Positions 9,556-21,600 of a stretch of 64,000 nucleotides of DNA are shown here, in pieces; the first letter of the stretch is position 1; every line of letters starts with the position of its first letter. Origin of the DNA: Plasmodiophora brassicae. Lineage: Eukaryota. The stretch covers positions 1,364,001 to 1,428,000 of the forward strand of contig CP145414.1 in assembly GCA_036867785.1 (NCBI GenBank), in the 5' to 3' direction. A model generated the notes under the pieces. It saw only the letters and a list, made by a program, of their open reading frames with translations, did no database searches and was not told the DNA's origin. The position numbers and the translations under genes are program-made.

Positions 9556-12500
9556 ATGGCGACGACGATCACGCTGACACCCAGGCGGGCGTTCCACCGG
9601 CAGCAGGAACGGATCGACGTAGTGACTGGCCAGATCCTGGCGTCGCTGGGCAGCGAGAGTCTGCTGCGTCTCGGCGACGAACTCGCCGGGGGCGTCGGCG
9701 AGCACGCGTTCCTGCGCCTGATGCTGCAGACGCTGTCGACGATCGGCGTCCTGGGGCGCACGCCCGCGCTGCGTCGCGAACAGGCGACCGCCCTCGTCTA
9801 CCTGTTCCGGTCCATGGATCTGAACGGGAACGGCGACCTGGAGTTCAGCGAACTGCTCGAGGTACAACGACGATGAGCGCGGGGCGGGGCCCGGTCTGAA
9901 CACGGTCGACGACAGACCCTGGTCCTGTACGCGTTAACCAGCGGGCGGTCCTCGGCACTACAGCGAAGGTTCGACCTGTCGGCGACGTACGGCAGCGTCG
10001 GGGGCCGAGGCCTGCCCAAGGCGCTCCTGTTCCTTCAGGGGACCAACGAGCTCCTGTGCCACAGCGACGCACGGGCGATGTTCGACGTCGTCGATCCGGA
10101 GACGCTGACCGTCACCAGGCGGGTACCCTTGACCAGGGGCGACCTGAACGCCGTGGTCGTCGTACCAGACGCGAACGTCGTCGTGATGGGAACCAGCTCG
10201 ACCATCGAAACGCGTGTCGTACGTCGTCCGGTTGACGACGACGGGTTCAGGGTCGACGTCATGGCGTCCGGCGCACGCGCTGACCCGAACTGGAAAGAGC
10301 GGCATCGGCGTCGCTGGCCCGTCACCGCCGTCGAGTACCTGCCCAAACTCTGCCTCGTCGTGGCCGGCCACGCCAACGGCACGCTGGCCGCCTTCGAGCT
10401 TCGGGGCGGTTTGCTGCGACCGACCAGGGCAACGTTCCCGCGCCTGCACACCGCCGACGTGTCATGCATCGCCAGGATCGGGCCGATCACGGTGGCGACC
10501 GGGTCCCTGGACCACACCATACGCGTCGGTCGTCGTCGTCGTGCGCCTACCCCGTCGGCGATTTGCTGACAATGCAACGCCCCCGTCGCATAGTCGTGGA
10601 CGGTGCGAACGTACGAGCGGGACCAGACGGTCCACTACGAGGTCATCCCGCAGGCGGTCGTCCTAGAGCACGGGTTCGGCATCGCCACGATGGCGTTCAG
10701 CAGCCGCCTATGCATGCTGGCGTCGGCCGGATACGATCGGCGGCTGTGCGTCTGGAACCCGGTAATGTGTGCCGTGCCCCGGCAGCAGCAGCAGCAGCAT
10801 AGTGACGACCTGTTGGACGGCAGTATTCGGCGGTACGCCTGTTCAGGAACGAGGAGCACCTGGTGCCCATCAGGGCCATCCTGTTCGTCAACGAGGACAT
10901 GGTCACCTGCGACGAATCGGGCGTCGTCATCGTCTGGGACACGACCAACTTCCTGCGCCTGCAGGTGCGTCCCCGGTCTGCTGGACCCCGATGGCACCGC
11001 TCCCTGACTTGCGCCCCCTCCTGATGCACGGCAGCTGATGCGCACGAACACGACGCTGACGACGATGGCGTTCTGCGGCGACGCCGACCGACGCCTGGTG
11101 GTGGCCGGCGCCAGCGACCGCCTGCACGCGTACGACCAGCGGGGCGGGGCGTTCAACAACCGGGACGTGAACATCGCGGCCGTCGCCGGCGTCGCCTACA
11201 GCGCCGTCCTGCTCCAGTTCGTGACCGCCCACGACCGGACGCTGAGGCTGTGGACCTCGCTGACGGGTCACCTCGTCCGGGTCCTGCCCGACATCATGCC
11301 CGCCGCGTTCGTTCGTGTCGGGACCCACCGGGGCGGCGCCCCGCTCTGACACGAACGCAGGATCACGACCGTCGCCATGGACCGGTGCGGGCGCCGCGTC
11401 CTGCTGGGCGACGCCCTCGGCAACGCCAGCGTGTTCAACCTGGAGACGGGCGGCCTGCTGTACGCCCTCGACACGAGCGCGCACGGCGGCAGGGAGATCA
11501 TCGGTAGGCCCTCCCGACCCGACGCCTGTTGGCAGCGCTGGAACCTGATCGCGTCTGTGTCGGCACAGACGGCGCGCTGGCGTCGGGCACGGCCGACTTT
11601 GTCACGCTGGACATCGCCGGGTGCACCGCCGAGCACGCCGACGCGGACGGGTCGCTGGTCCCCGACGACCGGTGCAGGCAGCGGTGGCAGGCACTGCGAC
11701 GCCTGGCGGCCGGCGCCGAACTGACGTGCGCGTGCCTGGCCGCCGGCGCCGCCTGGGCCGCCCTGGGCGACGCCAACGGCCACGTCGTCGTCCAGGAGCT
11801 GGCGCCGTCCCGTTGCATCGTAGGGAAGCGCGGCGGCGCGCACCAGGCCCCCATCACGGTACGTGTGCGCCCTCAGCGATGAGAGACGCGCCCGACCGAC
11901 CGACGACGCCGACAACACAGTGCATGGCGTTCCTGGCGACGTTGCTGATCACGGCGGACGACTCGGGCGCGCTGGTCGTCTGGCAGATGCGGGCGCGCGA
12001 TCAGCCGCTGGCCGCGATCGCCCGGGCGCGCCTGCTGGACGACGACGGCGAGGCGGTCGCCGTCACGCGCCTGCTGGGCGACGCGCCCGCGGGCACCTGC
12101 TGGGTCGGCGATTACCGCGGATGGGTCTCGTCGGTGTCGCTCAGCGACCTCGTCGACGTTGTCGGCGCGCGCGACTGGTCCCCGACGTGGACGCGGCCGC
12201 CGGCGAGCGTTCGGCGCCGGTTCCCGGTCGACGTCCTCGTCGACGTGCAGCGGGACCGGGCGCGGGCCCTGCTCGAGGTCGTGCGCTTCCAGGCGGACCC
12301 GTCGCGAAGCGTCCGGTGCCTGTACAGGATCGAGCGGCCGGCGTCGCTGGCGGTCGCCTGCCAGCACCGCACCGACGTGCGGATCTATTCGCTGGACGGC
12401 GCCCGCCTGGGCGTGCTGGGCGACCCGGAGCAGGCGCCGTTCAACCCTGAAAGCAGGGCGTCGCCGCGGGCCGCCCAACGTCGCCGGGTCCGGGTGCGAT

Positions 12501-13042
12501 CGAAGGCGACAACGATGACCCCATGGGGATTCCAGCCCGACATCGACGCCCTGGCCGACGATGTCGAGGCGACCGTCCAGTCGGTGATGGGCGACGACGA
12601 CGACGACGTTAGCGTTGCCCATGGCGAGCGCCCCCAGGTGTTCCTGACGGAACTTCACGAGGGCACTGGGGCGTCCCGCCTGGCCCGGACGACGAAGCCA
12701 GCGGGGCAGGTGCCTTGCAGGGAGCCGGGCCTCGTCCCAGGGACGCGTTCCTGGCAGCGGGCGCGGAAGCAAGCGACGACGCGTCTGCCGGCCGTCCCGT
12801 CACGGTCGGTCAGCCGCCTGCTGGACTACGAGCGCGCCGACGCTGACATGCGGGTGCGGCCGGGCGCGGGCCGGGCGGCACCGCTGACGCCCCTGCGCGA
12901 ACACGACGGGCTGACGCGGGCGGCCCAGCGCCTCACGAGCGCCATCCAGACGAGCATTGCCCGGTCGCAGTCGGTGACCGCGTTGCGATCCGATACAGGC
13001 GGCGCCCGGCCGCGACACCCGCTGCTGCTGCCTATCAAATAA
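9556..13042 (+). CDS. EF-hand + WD40-repeat protein (WDR49/WDR64-like architecture), multi-exon
   Basis: EF loop DLNGNGDLEFSEL. WD-type segments HTADVSCI..ATGSLDHTIR, LASAGYDRRLCVWNP, TAHDRTLRLW and LITADDSGALVVW. Confidence 0.7.
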
Positions 13043-13471
13043 GAGCGCCATCGCCTATTTCGCCCGCCGCGTCGTACCCATGAACAAACGCATCCAACGG
13101 TGTCGCAGTAGCCCGTCACCCCTCCTGGTCGTTGCCGGCGGCACGTCGTCTGCGTCGTCAGGCATGCATCGGAGCGGCGGGGCCGCGCCGGTTGACCCGC
13201 CAAACAGGCCGCCAGCGTGCGGCTCCCCGGAGCACTGCGCGGGGCTCCGACGGGCATTTCACCCCCTGGGGGGCGAACCGGAGGGGGCGCTGATGGCTGC
13301 TGGCGCGGCGCGGCGACGTGAGGGCCACGTCGCCATGCCGTGGCCCCAGTGGGACTGCACTCCGCAGAGTCAGAGGCGCGCCGTCATCGGGAATTAGCGC
13401 GGGTAGCCCTCGCGGGTCCCCCGTCATTTCTATCATCGGGCACGCCGCCGACGAACGACACGCGCATCATC

Positions 13472-14969
13472 ATGTCCGACACTGCCGTGTACCAGGCCGC
13501 CGCCGTCTGGAACGTCGACCCCGTTGCGGCCCGCGTCCCCGTTGGCGTCGGCCAGGCACACCCGAAGCCCAAGGTGATCTGCTGGAACACGGGGTGCGAC
13601 GGTAACCCACCCGCATCGCTGACGTCAACCGCCGCCCGTGCAGCATGGGGCGTACAAGATCTGGCACCGCAACGTCGAGCCGCTGCTGCGGGAGGCCTAC
13701 GACTCCATATACGGCCTGGCGCTGTACGGGTCGCTCGTGTTCGCCACGGTCCGCACCCCGATGGGCTGTATCGTCATCAAGCAAGAGGTATGTGCCGGAT
13801 TCGGTTGCCACGACGCCCAGCGGGTGTCTGACTGGTGTGCATCCCAAGGTACATGAGGGCAATCTGCGAACGCAGCCCTGGGCAGCGGCCCTGGTCCCTG
13901 ACAAGTGCTGCACAGGTTCGTGACCGGTTCGAGGGGCCCGCCCAGCTGAGCATCACGATCCCGTCGACGACCGCCGGGCAGGGCGGCATCCCTGTACAGG
14001 TGGCGTCCGCCGGCAAGGACGACGGCGATTTCGCCAGCGTGCTCGTCGACGGCGAACAGGTCGCCAGGAACGAACGCGGCATCAACATCGTCGTGTTCGA
14101 CTGCGGAACGGGTACGTCAGGCTACTCTGTCGGTTGCCGGGGCGCATGTCGGCTACAAGAGCATGCACAGGCAACGTTCGTTCGTCGCACAGCTTCGACA
14201 CGCACGGGTCGCCGTCAGAATCCGGGTGCCTGGCGAAATTCGTCAAGGAGTCGGCCACGCTGAATGGGTGCCTTCTGCTGGGTTGCCGAGTGTCCGCTCC
14301 CGCCTAGCGCGTCGTGTGTAACTGAACGAGTTTCAGGGTCGATCCGGGACGACGGAGCGAAATTCCTGACGGAGGAAGGGCATTGCGCACTGGCCGACCT
14401 GGGCGTCTCGCTGCCCGAGGCCGACAACAGCGAGCGCCTTGCAGAGGTACGAACCTGGGGGTCCTCGACGGCGCGACGTTGCTCTGGTGGGCACTCACGT
14501 CCCCATGCAAACAGATTGTCCATCTGCTGCCAGCGGACCGTTGCGCGATGCTGCTGACGGTCTGTGCCAAAGCCAATGCCTACCGGTCGGTGGCACGCTG
14601 GGCGTGCCTATGACGCCCCCGTGCTAACAGCAGCAGGCAGCTGTGCGCGCCTGCTCCTGGAATCAGGGTGGCCGGTGTCGGTTAAGGCGAACCACACCAA
14701 GAACACGCCCTTGCACGATGCTGCCTATCAGTGCAACACCGAGGTCGCCGAAGTCTTGATCGCATTCGGCGCCTGCCTCAAGACAACCAATCGGTATGCA
14801 GCGCGGAGGCAATCAGGGGGACCTACTAACAGCCAATGGGCGCAGCTGGGGCGAATCGCCCGGCGACATCGCAGCGACCCGCCACTCGTTCTCCAGTCTG
14901 CAAGAGATGCTCCTGGCGAAATCGTCCACCGTCCAGAAGGTGCTCCGCTTCCTGGAGCTCGACGCCTAG
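13472..14969 (+). CDS. Protein with ILEI/PANDER (FAM3, GG-type) domain and C-terminal ankyrin repeats, multi-exon
   Basis: VASAGKDDGDFASVLVDG..RGINIVVFD..SFDTH..LAKFVK..SIRDDGA (ILEI-like). CARLLLESG..NTPLHDAAYQCNTEVAEVLIAFGA..N(R)WGESPGDIA (ankyrin). Confidence 0.7.
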
Positions 14970-15193
14970 ACCTGGGCCCTGACCGGCACCCCACATAATA
15001 CGTAGGCCTTGTGTTCGTCAATCGAGAGTACTAATAAATCCGTTGGCTTGACACGACGTATACCATGCCTGCCACTACTGATCACAGCCAAAGCATCGTT
15101 CCATCGGACGCGATTCCCAGTGCATTCGGCAACGCGAGACACGGTGACGGCCCCCTGTAAGCGACATTGTATTGGGACAGGACAGCGCGAGGG

Positions 15194-17899
15194 TCACAGT
15201 TCGCGCTTCTCCTTCGACTCCTTGAGCTCGACGATTCGGTTGAAGACGAGGCGTTGCGGGGTGGAATCCGTGTCGGCAATGAAGTACCCGACGCGCTCGA
15301 ACTGGTACCGGGCGCCAGCCTTGACCGACGCGGCGAACCCGGCATCGAGCAGGGCGCCCCGGCAGACGATCAGAGACAGCGGGTTCAAATCGCCAAGCCA
15401 GTCTTCCTTGTCGGACGGGTTCGGCGACTTGAACAACGTACTGTACAGGCGGACGTCGGCCTCGACCGGCGACACGCCCGACACCCAATGAAGGATCCCT
15501 ACGGCGGCACGTGTCACACACCGGCACACCAGGGCAATGACAATGCAAACGACGACGACGCAGCAGCGAATACCTTTGACTTTGGCGGTGCTGTCCTTGT
15601 CGAGCGTGCATTCGAGCTCGACAACGCGGCCGTTGCTGTCCTGGATGACGCGCGTGCACGTCATGTGATAGGCGAACTTCAGGTGCACCTGCTTGCCAGG
15701 CGCCAGGCCGTAATACCCGGGGGCGTCCTGCAGGCGGAAATCGGACCGCTCGATGTAGACGACCTTGGACAGCAGGACGGAACGCGTGCCGAACTCGGGA
15801 CGCTTCGGGTGCAGCGGCCCGGTGATCGCCTCCTCGGGCTCGTCAAAGTTCGTCAGCGTGACCTTGAGCGGGTCGACGACGACCATAGCCCGGTGGCAGG
15901 TGTCGTCCAGCTCCTGACGGGCGATCGCTTCCAGAACGCTCATGTTGATCGTGTTATCCGCACGGGTCACGCCGATCCGCGTGCAGAACTCGTTGATGAT
16001 GGTCGGGGAGTACCCGCGCCGACGAAGACCGTTGATGGTCAGCAGACGCGGATCGTCCCAGCCGTTCACGTGCCGATCCATGACCAGCGCCTTCAGCTTC
16101 CGCTTCGACAGGACGTTGTAGGTGATGTTCAGTCGCGAGTACTCCCAGACGGCGGGTCGGTACAGGTCCAGGGCCTCCAGCAGCCAGTAGTACGAATCAC
16201 GCCGGACCTGAGCGGGGCATCAGACCCGGCACCTGTCCCCGACGAGCGTGCCGATGCCTACCTCAAACTCGAGCGTGCACAGGGAGTGTGTGATGTGCTC
16301 CAGGGAATCCACGATGCAGTGTGTGAAATCGTACGACGGGTACACGCACCATCGGTCGCCAACGTGCGGGTGCGCCTCGTAGATGATCCGGTAGGCGATC
16401 GGGTCCCACATGCACGGGTTCGGGCTCGTGATATCGATCTTCATGCGCAGCGACACCTCGCCTTCCGCGTACCGTCCCTGACGCATCCACTCGAACTTCT
16501 GCAGGTTCTCCTCCGGCGACGTGTCACGCCATGGCGACGGCTTCTGCGCCATGCGCTCGGCCCTGGCCGCCTTGATCTCGTCCTGCGTCTGGTGGCAGAC
16601 GTACGCCTTGCCGCGCCTGATCAGCTCCTGCGCCAGGCGGTAGAGCTCCGGGAAGTACTCGGAGGAGAACGTCGTCTCGGTGGGCTTGTGCCCCAGCCAG
16701 GCGACGTTCTCGCCGATCGACTCGATGTACTCGGCCTTCTCGGCCGACGGGTTCGTGTCGTCGTACCGCAGGAAGCAGGTGCCGCCGGGCGATTCCGTCG
16801 CCATGCGGAAGCTGAAGTTCATGGCCTTGGCGTGCCCAATGTGCAGGAACCCGTTCGGCTCAGGCGGGAACCGGGTCCTGCGCCCGGTGCCGTACTTCCT
16901 GTTGTGCTCCTCCAGCAGCGCCGGCGGGTTCACTGCCGACCCGAGCGCGCGCCCAACGTACTGCTTCTCGATATCCGCCTGCACGACCATTCCTAAGCAC
17001 GGAGCAGCACCAACGATCGAAGCGAAACGACAGACAATGGAGACGGCCGGCTCGGACACGTTCGTCGTGGCGGCAGTCGCAGGCGCCTGCTTCGGCTTGC
17101 GTTGCGGTTTCAGGTCTGATCGTGCAAACGTCGGCAGTGGGGAGCGCAGCGGTTCCAGACGCGCGCATTACCTGCTTCGGTCTTGGGGCCGAGCAGGGCC
17201 AGCATCTGCGCGTCAAGCTCGGCTCGGATGGCGGCCACGTCGGCGAACGGGATCGCGCTACGAATCTTGCCGAGCAGGGTGCCGACGGGAGTCGTGTACC
17301 TACCGCAGCGTGTGTGAGACGGCGACCGGCGAGCAGCAGACCAGACGAATCGCGTGCCGTTTCTCGCGTATCAGCTCGATGCTGGCGTTGACCTGGTCGG
17401 TGACGGCGGCCTTGATCTCGGCGGGCGACGTGACGACCCCGACGCCACAGGCGCGCTCGAATTCGGCCACCTCGAAACGCGTCGATTTCGTGAAGTAGTC
17501 GATCGCGGCTGCCAGCTGCGTGTTGGATGCAATGCGGCTATGAGCGAAACGGTCAGGCGCCGTCGCGAAACAGGGGCGTGGGGGGCGTTGACGGACCCGT
17601 TCGTGATGTACGCAAGCAATCGCTTGCGGTGTTCCAGGACGAACGGCGTCGGCGGTAGGTTCGCAGCAACGGATACGAACATCTTGCCCATGGGTTCGGC
17701 GCAACCCTTCTGGCTCATGCCGGCCTGACCAGCGCAGAGGTTAGGGCCGCGTGGCGGTGCCGCGACACGGTGCTCGGGCCCCGACCTCATCGACGACGTT
17801 CTCGATACTCTGGGCAAGCTGCTCGCTGATCGTATCGATGTATTTCGGGTTCAGCCCAATGCGCTCGAGGACGTCGCGCCGCTCGCCGACGACAGTCAT
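15194..17899 (-). CDS. QARS: Glutaminyl-tRNA synthetase (eukaryotic, with N-terminal extension), multi-exon
   Basis: RTRFPPEPNGFLHIGHAKA, ITHSLCTLEFE, VLSKRK, GWDDPRLLT, YQFERVGYF, and N-terminal FERACGVGV. Confidence 0.97.
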
Positions 17900-18609
17900 C
17901 GCGAAGCCGCCGGGCAACCGGGAACGAAAATAACCAGGGCGCACTGTGCGAGCTGCACCTCGCCCACGGACTTTGCCGACCGCTGTGCCACGGGGCGCAA
18001 CCTGGCCAGGCCCAGAGTGCCCCCCGCACTGCACTGCACGCCGCGTTCAGCAGGGCCGGGTTGGCGGCGCTCCAGCAAGCCGTCACTGGCGCACGCCGGC
18101 ACTACTGAGCAGGCCCGGCATCATTGCCGTAAATAGCACGGATTGCAAAACAATGCGACTTGTCTCCAGTCCTGACCTGCGCCTACTCTACCTGTATGTT
18201 CGTACTGGTGCCCGACAAGGTGTGATCTATCGGGCCTCAGTCGAGCCGACATGCCACTTGCACCCCAATGATGCACCGGGTTTCTATTGCCTGCCCTGCA
18301 TAGTCGCACGATGACTGGTACGACATGCGCTGCAGGATTACAATGGACCTGGGAGTTCGTTGTCCTGGGGTTGGATGGCACGACACTGCGGTGGGTTCAC
18401 CCCAAGTGGTGACCCACCTGTGGCCCTCGCTAGTTGGACAGTTGACGAATTCGTTGCCGTTGTGCAGCCGCGTCTGGTTCGGGTAAATACTGTTAATCGA
18501 TGTATTGTGGATTAAGAGTGAGTGGGCGCAGGCCTCCGGCCGCTCATCAGCCATGCCATGCCGAACGACGGTGAGGGGCCCGACGGTGCGCGCAACACAC
18601 TGATGGCCA

Positions 18610-21600
18610 TCAATCCTTCTTCTTCGTCGTCGTGTCGTCGGACCATACCGGCGACGTCGGGCTATACATGGGCGACACCGTCGTCGGCCCGTTGTGATGG
18701 TTGGGCGACGTGGGCGAGTACGTTGGCGACACGGGCGAATAGTTGCCGTACGTCGGCGAGGTCGGCGAGAACGTTGGTGATGTCGGCGAGTACGACGGCG
18801 ACGTTGGTGAGTACGACGGCGACGTTGGCGAATACGACGGCGACGTGGGCGAATACGAAGGCGACGTCGGGGAATACGAGGGCGACGTCGGGGAATAGGA
18901 CGGCGAGGTCGGCGAGTAGGACGGCGACGTCGGGGAGAACGATGGCGACGTGGGCGAGTACGACGGTGACGTTGGGGAGAACGAGGGCGACGTCGGCGAG
19001 TAGGACGGCGACGTGGGCGAGAACGCGGGCGACGTCGGCGAATAGGACGGCGACGTGGGCGAGAACGATGGCGACGTCGGGGAATACGACGGCGACGTCG
19101 GCGAGAACGAAGGTGACGTCGGCGAGAACGCTGGGGAGGTCGGCGAGTACCCGCCGGCATAGCTGGGCGATGCAGGCGAGTACGACGGCGACGACGGGGA
19201 GAACGAGGCGCCGAACGCGGGCGATGATGGCGTGAACATGCCGCCGGGCGAGTAGATCGCTGGAGAGAAGGCGCCGGCACCGTCGACGTAGGGCGAGTAA
19301 CCGCCTAGGCCGCCGGGCGACATCATCGGGGTCGACGACGGGTACAGCGGCGTGGCGCCGTGACCCAGGTAGACGTCGTCGGCTTCCCAGAAGTTGACGG
19401 GCTGGTCCTCGAGCTCGATCGCCTCGCGAACCATGTCCTCGTTGAGCAGCAACGAGAATGACCCCGTACCGGCGGGTGCCAGCTGCCCGACCATGATGTT
19501 CTCGGTGACGCCCGTCAGGTTGTCCGTGTCGCTGAAGGCGGCCGCCTCGAGCAGGATCTCGACCGTCTCCTCGAAGCTGCAGCGCATGAGCGCCCCCGAC
19601 CCGACCCGGTTGATGCCATGACGCGTGATGGCCATGAGGTGACCTCGGAAGGTCATCACGTCGATCAGCATGGCCAGGTGCCGGTAGTTGACGTAGCTGC
19701 CACCGAAGGAGATCACGCGACGCAGCTCGTCGAGCAGGCCCTGGCGAACGGCCTCGATGCCCAGCACCTCGAAGATCTCAATGATGTGGTTCGACGTCGT
19801 CCGTCGGTGGTCGACTCCATCGACCGACATGACGTCGAGCAGTTTGACACCCTCGGTATCCAGCACCCACTCGATCTCGTTCTTCTCGTTATAGTTGCCG
19901 TTGGCATCGAACCCCGGCCTCGATTCCTGCCTCATGACGACCTTGTCGACGCCGTCGATCCCGCGCAGATGCATCTGGTTCAGCAGGTTCTGCTCGATGC
20001 GCTTCAGGAACAGGTCCTCCTCGTCCTCGGCGTCGGCGTCCTTCTCCGCATCCTCGTTCACCATCCTGATCTGCAGGACGGGGCGCTCCGCGTTATCCGA
20101 CGAGTGGATACAGTGCAGGTCGCCGCCAAAGTCCAGCTTGATGCGCTCGGAGATGTCCGCATTGGTCAACCCCTTGTCCTCCTTCTTGAACCGGTCCAGA
20201 ACGATACGCAGCACCCACGGCGACAGCTTCTCGATCGGGACGTCCTCATCGGGGATCTCAAAGAACATTTGCATGAACTCCCTGTCCTCCTCGATGACGG
20301 AATTCTGCGGGTCCGGGTCGTAGTAGATCTGCGTCAGCGCGGTCACGTCCCGCAGCGACGTCGACTCGATCCGGTTCAGGGCGTCGTTGGCCCGCTCCAG
20401 GTCGTGCGCAATGTCCTTCTGGAGGAAGATCGTCAACGACGGCGTTCGGACGTTCTTAGCCAGGTTGATGATCTCCTTGAGACGCGGGACACCGAGCGTC
20501 ACGTTCTTGGCGGAGACACCAGCAAAGTGGAACGTGTTCAGCGTCATCTGCGTCGCGGGTTCACCGATGGACTGCGCCGCCAGGCAACCGACCATCTCGC
20601 CCGGCTGCGCAAGCGCCTGCTTGAACCGGCTCTCGATCTCGCCAATCAGCCAGCGGAACGCGTCCGAATTCAGCTTGTAGTCGACGAGGACGCGTTTGGC
20701 GCCCAGCGTCGCACGCAGGTTCATTTTGAACAGCGTCGTCGCGTTCTCCTGCGACTCGCGAGAGATGTGGTCGTCGCCGCCCACCACCACGAGACGGTTG
20801 TACAGCTGTCGAACCATGTGAACGACTTCGCACGGGTCCAGGTCGCTGTGCCGACGCTGCGACACGGAGAACAGCTTCTGGCTGTTCCAGATCAGTCGCT
20901 TGATGTTGACGGGCAGGTATACCCGGTCGTCGCTGAACAATGGCAGGATCGTTCGTCGCAGGAACGTGCGATCCTCTTCAAGGAGTTGGAACTCCTTGCG
21001 TAGTTCGCCGAGCGCTTGCGGGTCGTGCATGATGCGATCGCGGATGGCAGGGTCGAGGAAGTCGGCGTCCAGCTGGCCGCGTGGCGTGAAGAACGAGTAT
21101 GCCCGATGGAACTCGGCGTTGTTCATCTTCAGCGAGTCGATGCGTTGCGCCTCGATGCTCTCGCCGGCCATCCCGTCCTCGCCGTACAGGAACTGGATGA
21201 TGTCACCCATGCTGTTCCGCACGGTGCCGTCGTACTTGATCATGACGTCCTCCATGGCCTTGACGAGGCGCCGCTGGATGTAGCCGGTCTCGGCGGTCTT
21301 GACGGCCGTGTCGACGATACCTTCTCTGCCGGCCATGGCATGGAAGAAGAATTCGCTGGGCGTCAGCCCCTGCAGGTACGAGTTTTCGACGAACCCTCGA
21401 GATTCCGGGCCCAGATCCTCCTTGTTGAAGTGGGGCAGCGTCCGATCGCGGAACCCGAACGGGATACGCTTGCCTTCGACGTTCTGCTGGCCGACGCACG
21501 CCATAATCTGACAGATGTTAATGATGATGCCCTTGGACCCGGCGTCCACCATGGCCTTCAGGTTGTTGTGCGACGTCAGGTTCTGCCGGGCACTCTTACC

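Noticed and set aside
15167-16996. 609-aa + strand ORF antisense to GlnRS
   Set aside because: It mirrors a GC3-biased coding strand, which depletes antisense stops, and shows no recognisable domain.
18237-19280. Arg-rich protamine-like ORF
   Set aside because: Alternative reading frame of the RPB1 CTD repeats.
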